Below are positions 36,498-44,885 of a DNA stretch of 64,000 bases, one piece after another. This stretch comes from Christensenellaceae bacterium. GTDB taxonomy: Bacteria > Bacillota > Clostridia > Christensenellales > UBA1242. Position 1 is the first letter of the stretch. Each line of letters opens with the position of its first letter. The notes under the pieces were generated by a model. The model was given only the letters and a program-made list of their open reading frames with translations, searched no databases and had not been told where the DNA came from. Made by a program: the position numbers and the translations under genes. The stretch is taken from NCBI GenBank assembly GCA_031256235.1, contig JAIRQZ010000032.1, positions 5,224-69,223 of the forward strand, in the 5' to 3' direction.

Positions 36498-37588
36498 AAA
36501 TAAAGTTACACGAGATAACAATTCGCGAAGTAGTCGAAAAGTACGTTGATAATGACGAAGAAGGTGTTATCGGTTTTGATGGCAAATTAAACATTCGCCC
36601 CAAATATCAACGTGAATTTGTTTATGACGACAGAAAGCGTAGTGCGGTTATTGAAACAATTCGCAAAGATTTCCCGCTTAACGTAATGTATTGGTGTAAG
36701 AACGAGGATGGTACATTCGAGGTTCTGGACGGACAACAGCGAACAATTAGTTTTTGTCAATTTATCAAAAGTGACTTTTCAATAATGGCCGACGGCCACA
36801 CAAAATATTTTCATACAATGACCGAAACAGAGAAAAACCACATCTTGAATTACAAATTGTTTGTTTACATATGCGAAGGCAACGACAAAGAAAAACTTGA
36901 TTGGTTCCAAATTATCAATATTGCGGGCGAAAAATTGACCGACCAAGAATTACGAAATGCCGTTTACACGGGTACATGGCTATCGGATGCAAAATTAAAG
37001 TTTAGTAAAAGCAATTGCGTCGCATATTTGCATTCAAAAGATTATGTCAGTGGGGCTACAATTCGACAGGAGATACTTGAACTTGCTTTATTATGGATTA
37101 GCAAAGGCAATATCGAAAAATACATGTCCGCACATCAACATGACCCAAACGCAAATGAATTGTGGACGTATTTCAGAAGTGTAATAGATTGGGCGCGTCT
37201 TACTTTCCCCAAAACACGAAAAGAAATGAAGGGTATCAACTGGGGCGGGCTTTATGACACTTTCAAAGACAAAATGTTTGATACAAATAAACTTGAACAA
37301 GAAATCCAAAAACTTATGATTGACGATGATGTAACAAATCAAAAAGGTGTTTACTATTATGTTTTGACACGTGACGAAAAATATTTGAATATTCGTGCAT
37401 TCAGCGAAAGTCAAAGGCGGACGGCATTTGAAAAACAAGAAGGTATTTGTGCTAAATGCAAAAAGCAATTTCAATTAAATCAAATGGAAGCAGACCACAT
37501 AACTCCATGGAGTAAAGGTGGTAAAACAAGCAACGATAATTGCCAAATGCTTTGCCAAGAATGCAACCGCCGAAAATCGGCGATATAA
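36494..37588 (+). CDS. DUF262 (ParB/Srx-like, DGQQR) - HNH endonuclease fusion protein
   Basis: N-terminal FEVLDGQQRTISF (36728-36742). C-terminal zinc HNH CAKCKKQF...EADHITPWSKGGKTSNDNCQMLCQECNRRKS (37448-37585). AGGAG RBS. The ATG overlaps the M2 stop (ATGA). Confidence 0.85.
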   Translation: MKIKLHEITIREVVEKYVDNDEEGVIGFDGKLNIRPKYQREFVYDDRKRSAVIETIRKDFPLNVMYWCKNEDGTFEVLDGQQRTISFCQFIKSDFSIMADGHTKYFHTMTETEKNHILNYKLFVYICEGNDKEKLDWFQIINIAGEKLTDQELRNAVYTGTWLSDAKLKFSKSNCVAYLHSKDYVSGATIRQEILELALLWISKGNIEKYMSAHQHDPNANELWTYFRSVIDWARLTFPKTRKEMKGINWGGLYDTFKDKMFDTNKLEQEIQKLMIDDDVTNQKGVYYYVLTRDEKYLNIRAFSESQRRTAFEKQEGICAKCKKQFQLNQMEADHITPWSKGGKTSNDNCQMLCQECNRRKSAI

Positions 37589-37591
37589 AAC

Positions 37592-37620
37592 TTGCAAACA
37601 TCGGGCAGATGTTTTACACT
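37592..37620 (+). promoter_or_regulatory. typA promoter
   Basis: TTGCAA (37592-37597) - 17 nt - TACACT (37615-37620), then AAGGA RBS and ATG 37640. Confidence 0.4.
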
Positions 37621-37639
37621 TGTTTCGCAAGGAAATGAA

Positions 37640-39439
37640 ATGAACATAAGGAACATCGCAATCATCGCGCACGTAGACCATGGTAAAACAAGTTTGGTGA
37701 ACGAACTATTGAAACAGGGTAACGTTTTTCGCGAAAATCAAAAGGTCGACGACCGCGTCATGGACAACAATGCCCTTGAGCGCGAGCGCGGAATCACGAT
37801 ACTTGCAAAAAATGCAAGTTTCGAATACAAAGATGTAAAGATAAATGTCATCGACACCCCAGGCCATGCCGACTTTGGCGGCGAGGTCGAACGCGCATTG
37901 TGTATGGCGGACGGGGTCTTGTTGTTGGTGGACTCGTTCGAAGGGCCCATGCCCCAGACTCGGTTTGTTTTAGAAAAAGCCATCGCGCTTGGCCACAAAA
38001 TCATCATCGTCATCAATAAAATCGACCGCCCCGATGCCCGCATTAAGGAAGTAAGCGACGAGATTTTGGAATTGTTGCTTGATTTAAATGCAACCAACGA
38101 ACAACTTAACAGCCCCATAATTTATGCAAGCGCCCGACTTGGCATTTCGTCGGAAAGCCCGACAGTCCGAGGTACAAACTTGGTTCCGCTGTTTGAAAAA
38201 ATCATCAGTTATATTGACGAGCCAAAAACAATAAAAGGCACATTCAAAATGTTGGTGTCAAATACTCAACACAGCGACTATTTGGGCAAAATGGCCGTCG
38301 GCAAAATTACAAGCGGGACTCTTAAATCAGGCGAGCAAATTGTAATAGTCGATTACAATAACACAAAACTTAAAACCACCGCCAAAGTCACTGGGCTGTT
38401 CGAATTTTCGGGGCTTTCGCAAAAAGCCGTAGAGGTCGTTCACGCAGGCGATGTCGCAATGGTCGCGCTTACCGCGCCGATACAAATCGGAAGCACGATA
38501 TGCTCCCCTGCCGATGCCACCCCTATAGAATTTACAAAAATAAGCGAACCCAGTGTTGAAATGGCTTTCATGGTAAACGACAGTCCGTTCGCAGGCAAGG
38601 AAGGCAAGTTCGTGACAAGCAGAAACCTGCGCGAGCGGTTGTACCGCGAGGCCGAGCGAGATATAAGTTTGCGCGTCACGGACGGCGAAACCACTGAAAA
38701 ATTTATGGTCGCAGGTCGCGGGGAAATGCACCTTGGAATCTTAATTGAAAACATGCGCCGTGAAGGATACGAATTCGCGGTATCCCAACCCAAAGTTTTA
38801 TACAAAACAATCGACGGACATAAGTGCGAACCTATCGACAAGTTTGTTGTCGACGTACCTGAATCGGCAGTGGGCGCCGTCATGGAAAAAATGGGTCTTC
38901 GCAAAGGTGAACTTTTGCAAATGACGACAATCGGAAGCCGTAACCGATTGGAATTTTTGATTCCATCGCGCGGACTTTTTGGATACAAGTCTGAATTTTT
39001 AACGGACACACGTGGCGAGGGCGTCATGTCAAGCGTGTTTCATTCTTATGAAAAGTACAAAGGCGAAATCTCCCGTCGATTCACGGGAAGCCTTATCGCG
39101 CACGAAGCGGGCGATTCAAACGCATACGGATTGTACCATTCGGAAGACCGTGGGACATTATTTATCGGCGCAGGCGTCCCCGTATACGAAGGCATGGTCG
39201 TCGGCGAAAATCCTAACGGCAATGACTTGGTCATCAATGTGTGCAAACGCAAACAATTAACAAACATGCGCTCCAGTTCAAGTGACGAGGCACTGCGCCT
39301 GACCCCGCCAAAGATTATGAGTTTGGAAAACATACTCGAGTTTTTGGCCGACGACGAATTAATGGAAGTCACCCCAAAAAATGTCCGCATCCGCAAAAAG
39401 ATTTTGGACAAAGACCTGCGCATGAAGGCAAATAAATAA
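37640..39439 (+). CDS. typA: translational GTPase TypA/BipA
   Basis: IAIIAHVDHGKTSLV, DTPGHADFGGEVER, NKIDRP, and the BipA-type C-terminal domain. ATG 37640 with RBS is preferred over the track start 37592. Confidence 0.94.
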   Translation: MNIRNIAIIAHVDHGKTSLVNELLKQGNVFRENQKVDDRVMDNNALERERGITILAKNASFEYKDVKINVIDTPGHADFGGEVERALCMADGVLLLVDSFEGPMPQTRFVLEKAIALGHKIIIVINKIDRPDARIKEVSDEILELLLDLNATNEQLNSPIIYASARLGISSESPTVRGTNLVPLFEKIISYIDEPKTIKGTFKMLVSNTQHSDYLGKMAVGKITSGTLKSGEQIVIVDYNNTKLKTTAKVTGLFEFSGLSQKAVEVVHAGDVAMVALTAPIQIGSTICSPADATPIEFTKISEPSVEMAFMVNDSPFAGKEGKFVTSRNLRERLYREAERDISLRVTDGETTEKFMVAGRGEMHLGILIENMRREGYEFAVSQPKVLYKTIDGHKCEPIDKFVVDVPESAVGAVMEKMGLRKGELLQMTTIGSRNRLEFLIPSRGLFGYKSEFLTDTRGEGVMSSVFHSYEKYKGEISRRFTGSLIAHEAGDSNAYGLYHSEDRGTLFIGAGVPVYEGMVVGENPNGNDLVINVCKRKQLTNMRSSSSDEALRLTPPKIMSLENILEFLADDELMEVTPKNVRIRKKILDKDLRMKANK

Positions 39440-41590
39440 TTAAGGCTTGCCTGGCCTGTAGACAAGATTATCAAATGCGTCTTGCAATCCGTCCAAGACC
39501 CTTTGCAATTCTTGTGCCGTTGCAAATTCGTTCAGTTTCGGATACTCGATCTTGGCCCTTTCCCACGGCAACCATGTTTCGGTCGTGTAGTTACCGCTTG
39601 CAAAATCCTCACCGTTAGCACCTTTTTGGGTGTTTATCAAATTGTTTATTGCCGTACGCAAACTGCTCCTTAAGATTTTGTCGTCAGGCTCAAGCGCTGT
39701 TGCGGCGGCACGAAGTGCGGTAAGCGTTGATGCCATAGCCGTCAGCATCAGGTCGCTTCTGTCGGATTTGTTGTTATCCACAAGCAACGCTTGAGCAGTA
39801 CTTAAGCGGGTTGCAAATGTCGCCCATTTGGCGTCGGCACTGTACAACGCCCCATCCAAATCTTTGACAACAAGATAGTATTTTTCAAGATTGGAATACG
39901 CCAAGGTGATAAGTCCTTCCATTGCGACTTGCAAATCGTGCTCTTTAGCGTGTAGTTTGTCGCTTGCTAAAAAGTCGTCTTCGTTTGTTTGTTCAAGCAA
40001 CATCCTTGCGCTTGTCAATGCCAAACGATAAGTTGTCCATGAAGCCGTAGAATAAATTTGTGTGTTTGTATCTTTCAAATCTGTATAATTTGCCTCGCCG
40101 ATACGTGCAAGCGCATCGTTGTAGATAAGTTGCAAACTGTAATATGCGATCGTCATATGCCCGTCGTAGGTACCCCTTAATCGCATAAATGTAATAACAT
40201 CCGTGGGCGAATAAGTCTTCGGATGGAGCATCGAATAAGGCATAGATACAGAATCGCTGTGTTCGTTAATCGTGCAAATAACGTTGAACGTGCCTATGTT
40301 TTTTGTGACAATGTCAATGCCTAACGTCGCCGAAGACCATGTCGAACCTGTCCATTGCCAACAGCCTTGTGCTCCTACCGCAACGTTCAAGTTTACCCAA
40401 ACGTCCGAGGCTTCAAGCGTATACTCGCCAACGTTGCCGTATTCTGGTTCATAGTCCACGAACGCTTTGCCGTCCCACATCTTGACCCCCGTATATGGCG
40501 ACGACGTAGGGGGCGCACCAGTTGTCCCGTTCCATAAACAAATAAGCATGCCTTCTTTCAAAAAGGACGTGTCTGTCGGTAAAGTCGACCTAAAGTAGCC
40601 CCTGACTTCTTCTGGCCTGATGCCTATTTCTGTTTCTTCTTGGGTTATGTCTAAACTGTATAATACGATGTTGCTACCGACAATATTATAATAAAATGTT
40701 TTTGTCTCGGTCACGTTGGTCGAGCCAAACAAGTACTTGTAAGTAACTGTTCCCTGCGCAGTAAATTCCAAGGTATGGCTGTGCTCCACGGCCGATGGGT
40801 CTTCCAACTTGGCGCAATTCATACCCCATATCGAGTCCGCAACCTCTGGCTTGTACCCGCAACCGTAAGTGCATATTGTCATGTATGCCCCAGCGCCTTC
40901 TAACCTGTCGCACCCAGAAACCACGCGTTCTACCACTTCAAAGTCGTGTGGCTGTTCGTCACCACCGCATCCGATACAGTAGCAAGTATATCCGTTGGGC
41001 CCATAATGGCTGTGCATAAAGTCTTCGCCACAATGCACACATTGGTCGGACCATGCATCTACCGTGCCATGACTGTGTGGTCCCAAAAAGGTGTCGTATA
41101 CAAAATTATACTTGACACCACAAGTCACACCGCTGACCCTGCGCGTACACTCATAATATGTACAGCCATAGTCGACACATGTCGCATCCATGGTGCGCAA
41201 AACGCCAGAGTGCGAAGAGTAAGAACCAAGCCTCCAGTCTACTTCGTATCCGTCGGTTCTGGCGCCGCTCTCACCACGCGCGCAAACCCTGCAATGCCTC
41301 CAATACCAACTTCCCGTGCAACCGTTTGCCGCAAAAAGTTCTTCCCACCCGTCATCCAAATGTTCTTCATATTCTGGAGTAACACCCACCCAAGGGGTCA
41401 TATTTGACAAAAGATGTGTCCCACCGCCCCCGCACGTTTCCGCCGCAGGAGCATCAAATGTAGGAGCGTCTTGAGTAGCATCCCTTATGTTGGGGTTAAA
41501 TTCGATATCGCCACCGCACGCGGTTAACACAATTCCCGACATCAATGCAATCATGGGAACCACAATAGCGGCAAAAAATTTCTTTAGCAT
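39440..41590 (-). CDS. lipoprotein with Cys/His-rich N-terminal half and three FIVAR-like helical repeats
   Basis: MLKKFFAAIVVPMIALMSGIVLTAC lipobox. About 30 Cys cluster with His in residues ~60-260. C-terminal YT..W..Y..AL..A..LL repeats x3. ATG 41590 is preferred (the promoter abuts it); the track start is 41605. Confidence 0.7.
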   Translation of the reverse strand: MLKKFFAAIVVPMIALMSGIVLTACGGDIEFNPNIRDATQDAPTFDAPAAETCGGGGTHLLSNMTPWVGVTPEYEEHLDDGWEELFAANGCTGSWYWRHCRVCARGESGARTDGYEVDWRLGSYSSHSGVLRTMDATCVDYGCTYYECTRRVSGVTCGVKYNFVYDTFLGPHSHGTVDAWSDQCVHCGEDFMHSHYGPNGYTCYCIGCGGDEQPHDFEVVERVVSGCDRLEGAGAYMTICTYGCGYKPEVADSIWGMNCAKLEDPSAVEHSHTLEFTAQGTVTYKYLFGSTNVTETKTFYYNIVGSNIVLYSLDITQEETEIGIRPEEVRGYFRSTLPTDTSFLKEGMLICLWNGTTGAPPTSSPYTGVKMWDGKAFVDYEPEYGNVGEYTLEASDVWVNLNVAVGAQGCWQWTGSTWSSATLGIDIVTKNIGTFNVICTINEHSDSVSMPYSMLHPKTYSPTDVITFMRLRGTYDGHMTIAYYSLQLIYNDALARIGEANYTDLKDTNTQIYSTASWTTYRLALTSARMLLEQTNEDDFLASDKLHAKEHDLQVAMEGLITLAYSNLEKYYLVVKDLDGALYSADAKWATFATRLSTAQALLVDNNKSDRSDLMLTAMASTLTALRAAATALEPDDKILRSSLRTAINNLINTQKGANGEDFASGNYTTETWLPWERAKIEYPKLNEFATAQELQRVLDGLQDAFDNLVYRPGKP

Positions 41591-41595
41591 AAATA

Positions 41596-41624
41596 AATGT
41601 ATCATCTGTCTTTACAAAAGGCAA
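41596..41624 (-). promoter_or_regulatory. promoter abutting lipoprotein start (leaderless geometry)
   Basis: Minus strand TTGCCT (41624-41619) - 17 nt incl. TGa - TACATT (41601-41596) - 5 nt - ATG 41590. Confidence 0.45.
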
Positions 41625-41714
41625 GCGTTCAGATATCTTAAACAGGTGGCAGTCTCGGAAGACGTTGAACAAAAAATCAAGAAGTGGGCATGCTTCAGGT
41701 TCAAAGACCGTGGC

Positions 41715-42086
41715 ATGATATGGTTTTTTTTGCCCGTATTCCCGCTTTTTTTATTTTTGGTGTACAAAACCATAAGTCAGGAAACCCCAAAACGCATACA
41801 AAAAATGGTCAAAAAAGGCAAGTACTACGATGCCTATGATGAGTGTATAAGGCAAACCGCCAACAGCAACACGCGCCGATACGACACAAGCATTGTCGTG
41901 CTTGGGCATTACCTTAATATCGATCCGCGCGTCGTGGAAAAAACCCTCAAGCGCATGGTCGCCAATTCAAAAAACATCTATATAGCATCTGCGCCAGGAT
42001 TTATTTACCTTACCCCCGGCATTTGCGAAATTGCCGACACCTTTGGAATCAAGCACGGCATGCACAAAGATGGGACGGAGATGTGA
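41715..42086 (+). CDS. small membrane protein, unknown function
   Basis: The track ORF 41487-42086 overlaps the divergent lipoprotein gene at its 5' end. The first start clear of it that gives a TM (MIWFFLPVFPLFLFLVY) is 41715. The stop overlaps the U32 start by 1 nt. Confidence 0.4.
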   Translation: MIWFFLPVFPLFLFLVYKTISQETPKRIQKMVKKGKYYDAYDECIRQTANSNTRRYDTSIVVLGHYLNIDPRVVEKTLKRMVANSKNIYIASAPGFIYLTPGICEIADTFGIKHGMHKDGTEM

Positions 42087-43246
42087 TGGCACAACCCGAA
42101 CTTTTAGCCCCAGCAGGCGACATAAACAAGTTGCGCCTTGCAATAAAGTACGGCGCCGACGCGGTTTATTTGGGTGGTCCAAAGTTTGGCTTACGTGCCA
42201 CTGCGGGAATCGACGACGCTTTCCTGCCCCAAGCAGTCAAGTTCGTGCATGAACATGGCAAAAAGGTCTATGTCACCGTCAACATTTTCGCGCGCAATGC
42301 GGACTTTGCCGAACTTAAAACCTATATCAAAAGCCTTGAAAAAATCAATGTCGACGCCGTCATCGTATCCGACCTTGGAGTGCTTGCTTTCGTTCGCGAA
42401 AATTCAAAACTGCCAATTCATATCTCGACCCAAGCCAACGTGCTGAACAAGTACACGGCCGAAGAATATGTCAAATTGGGCGCGTCGCGAATTATTCTTG
42501 CACGCGAATTAAGCCTTTCCGAAATCAAGGAAATCGCCACGCACCTTAAAGGCAAATGCGAGGTCGAAGTCTTTGTTCACGGGGCAATGTGCGTAAGTTA
42601 CTCGGGCAGGTGCATGCTGTCGTCATATACAACAGGACGTGAAGGTAATCGTGGCGAGTGCGCACAGTCTTGCCGATGGAAATACTCGTTGGTCGAAGAA
42701 AAGCGACCAGGCGAATACTTCCCAATCGAACAAGATGCAAAAGGCACATACATTATGAACAGCAAAGACCTGTGTTTAATCAACCACTTGGACGAACTTG
42801 CATCGGCGGGTGTAGCAAGTTTCAAAATCGAAGGCCGCAACAAGTCCGAATACCATGTCGTGGCTGTCGTGAACGCGTACAAGCGTCGCCTGGCCGAGGA
42901 CATTGGAAAAGTTCCACACCGACCATATACCACAGGCTTTGTATTCGACGGCAACAACCCCGACACCTTGTTCCAATCGGACGCGAACCCAGTATCGACA
43001 CACGAAGTCGTGGCTATGTGCCTTGGCGGTGACAAAATTTCTCAGCGTAATGTATTCGCGATAGGCGATGAACTAGAGATAGTGTCTCCAGGTGCAAACC
43101 ATAATAAAACTTTCACCATTGCAATAATCAAAGACAAAAACAGTAAACCCGCCTGCCGTGCTAACCAAGCAGGCGAAACCTATTACATAGGGTGCCCGTA
43201 CACACTTGAACCCGACGAGTTCTTGCGAAAAAGGATACAAAAATGA
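42086..43246 (+). CDS. peptidase U32-family protein (RlhA/TrhP/UbiU-like Fe-S fold)
   Basis: MAQPELLAPAGDINKLRLAIKYGADAVYLGG and the Cys motif CVSYSGRCMLSSY...GECAQSCRW. The start at 42086 is coupled to the upstream stop. Confidence 0.85.
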   Translation: MAQPELLAPAGDINKLRLAIKYGADAVYLGGPKFGLRATAGIDDAFLPQAVKFVHEHGKKVYVTVNIFARNADFAELKTYIKSLEKINVDAVIVSDLGVLAFVRENSKLPIHISTQANVLNKYTAEEYVKLGASRIILARELSLSEIKEIATHLKGKCEVEVFVHGAMCVSYSGRCMLSSYTTGREGNRGECAQSCRWKYSLVEEKRPGEYFPIEQDAKGTYIMNSKDLCLINHLDELASAGVASFKIEGRNKSEYHVVAVVNAYKRRLAEDIGKVPHRPYTTGFVFDGNNPDTLFQSDANPVSTHEVVAMCLGGDKISQRNVFAIGDELEIVSPGANHNKTFTIAIIKDKNSKPACRANQAGETYYIGCPYTLEPDEFLRKRIQK

Positions 43247-43857
43247 ACAAGATAAAAAACGTGTTGGAATTTTATAACCTTACAAACAAGTTGAAAACCG
43301 TCATTCGCACGGGTTGGCAACAATGGCATATCAATGCCCCGCGCGTCGAAAGCGTTGCCGAGCATATCTATGGCACCTGTATGCTGGCGGTGGCAATAAA
43401 CAGCGAATTCGATTATGACATTGATATCAAGAAGGTCGTATACATGCTTGCGGTTCACGAGTTAGAAGAAACGATTATCGGCGACATAACGCCGTTCCAA
43501 GATGTATCGCCGGAAGTAAAAAAACAAAAAGGCCACGAAGCCGTCACCAAAATATTGAAACAACTTGCAAAGAAATCCGACATACAATCCGCAATCGCCG
43601 AATTTGAAGAAAATAAAACCATAGAGGCGCGCTTTGCAAAGTGGGTGGACAAGTTGGAAGCAGGGCTTCAATGCAAACTGTACGATATGGACGGCCATAT
43701 TAATGTGTCGGACGAAAACATCGAGATGGCGCGCCGTCACAATTTAAAAGTCCGCAACTTCGCACGATTGTCCGACAGTTGGCTTGAATACTGCATCGAA
43801 AAATATGGCTTTGATGAAAACTTTATAAAAATTGCAAAGGAGGCACGAAAGCAATGA
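43243..43857 (+). CDS. HD-domain phosphohydrolase (YfbR-like 5'-deoxynucleotidase family)
   Basis: RVESVAEHIYGTCMLA...LAVHELEETIIGDITP (the family's usual HD reads HE here). ATGA overlap with U32. Confidence 0.72.
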   Translation: MNKIKNVLEFYNLTNKLKTVIRTGWQQWHINAPRVESVAEHIYGTCMLAVAINSEFDYDIDIKKVVYMLAVHELEETIIGDITPFQDVSPEVKKQKGHEAVTKILKQLAKKSDIQSAIAEFEENKTIEARFAKWVDKLEAGLQCKLYDMDGHINVSDENIEMARRHNLKVRNFARLSDSWLEYCIEKYGFDENFIKIAKEARKQ

Positions 43858-44885
43858 CAAGCATTGACCCACCAAAAAGTTGGTATGTTGATTGGTATAA
43901 AAAGGACTTGGCAAAGGCCGAACAAGGCGACGCGAAGGCCATGTTGTCCGTGGCACGGCTTGTGAAAAAGGCAATTCCAAAAGACCATTATCACCCTACC
44001 CCAAAAGAAAAATTAAAAGTCGCCGAGTTGGAAACCTTTTGGACGACCAAGTCGGCACAGGCGGGAAATCCCGAGGCACAGTATAAACTTGGGTCATCGC
44101 TTATGAAGTCCGACACAAAGCGCGGAATCGAATTTTGGGAAATGGCGGCGGCACAAAACCATCCCTATGCGCAAGAAAACTTGGCCGACCTTTTTGAAGC
44201 AGGCATGTTCAAATCCGAGGGACTTCAGGGAATCACGGTTCCAAAAGACATCAATCGCTCGATTAAATGGCGAACGGCGCTTGCCGATAACACAGATCCA
44301 TACGACGAAAGGTACTCGTCAAGCAAAGATTCTTGGCACAATGGCAAACGCCAACAAGCGTTTAAAAGCCTTATGCTTGCGTATTTGCGCGGTACCGATG
44401 TGCCCCGCGATTACGATAAAGCATACGAATATTACAAACGCGAGAAAGAATTTGACTACTATTCTTTCGGCAAAGACGCGGAAACCAAAGAAGAATTTAT
44501 CGAATTAATGAAGCCCGACATAGAATGGCACGACTTCAAAAGAAAAGGCTTTTCCGATGTGTGTATCGGCGGGCCGTCTTACCCTGAGTTTGAATCCGAA
44601 AACGACTTCGTGGTCTGCGGTGTCTATATCGTAAAGCACACCAAGACAATCGTGGTCTTTAACGAAATCGTGTACGTTTTCACGGACGCCGATTTCAAAA
44701 AGTTCCGTGCCCACATCATCAAGGATTATTATGAACCCAACACCGAAAACTCGGGATTGCCCGACAACTTCATACGCATCCATTGCAAGAAAGACCGAAG
44801 CGCGTCAAAACAAATTAACAACAATGAAGTATACAACCGTCTTTTGGACGAACTTAAAAATATTGTGATGAAACAACTTTCGTAA
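43854..44885 (+). CDS. Sel1/TPR-like repeat protein with unknown C-terminal domain
   Basis: Sel1-like units (AEQGDAKAMLSVARL, AQAGNPEAQYKLGSSL, AAQNHPYAQENLADLF). ATGA overlap with the HD gene. Confidence 0.65.
   Translation: MTSIDPPKSWYVDWYKKDLAKAEQGDAKAMLSVARLVKKAIPKDHYHPTPKEKLKVAELETFWTTKSAQAGNPEAQYKLGSSLMKSDTKRGIEFWEMAAAQNHPYAQENLADLFEAGMFKSEGLQGITVPKDINRSIKWRTALADNTDPYDERYSSSKDSWHNGKRQQAFKSLMLAYLRGTDVPRDYDKAYEYYKREKEFDYYSFGKDAETKEEFIELMKPDIEWHDFKRKGFSDVCIGGPSYPEFESENDFVVCGVYIVKHTKTIVVFNEIVYVFTDADFKKFRAHIIKDYYEPNTENSGLPDNFIRIHCKKDRSASKQINNNEVYNRLLDELKNIVMKQLS

Larger units (their letters stand above)
34203..37591 (+). other. low-GC genomic island (R-M-like operon) between tRNA-Leu and typA promoter
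   Basis: Hand GC counts: 17/60 (34801-34860) and 21/60 (36001-36060) inside, against 28/60 (33601-33660) and 32/60 (38401-38460) in the flanks. It abuts the tRNA 3' end. No mobility gene. Confidence 0.6.

Noticed and set aside
37596-37614. Hairpin AAACATC-GGGCA-GATGTTT after the HNH gene as a possible island terminator
   Set aside because: It is a 7-bp AT-rich stem with a short, interrupted T-run. It coincides with the spacer of the predicted typA promoter, so it is not convincing as an intrinsic terminator.
34118-37640. Direct repeat of the tRNA-Leu 3' end (att-like scar) at the right end of the island
   Set aside because: By eye, only a 7-nt AACTTGC match (34113 and 37589) was found and no copy of the tRNA 3' segment. 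That is too short to be meaningful, and a proper repeat search is still advisable.
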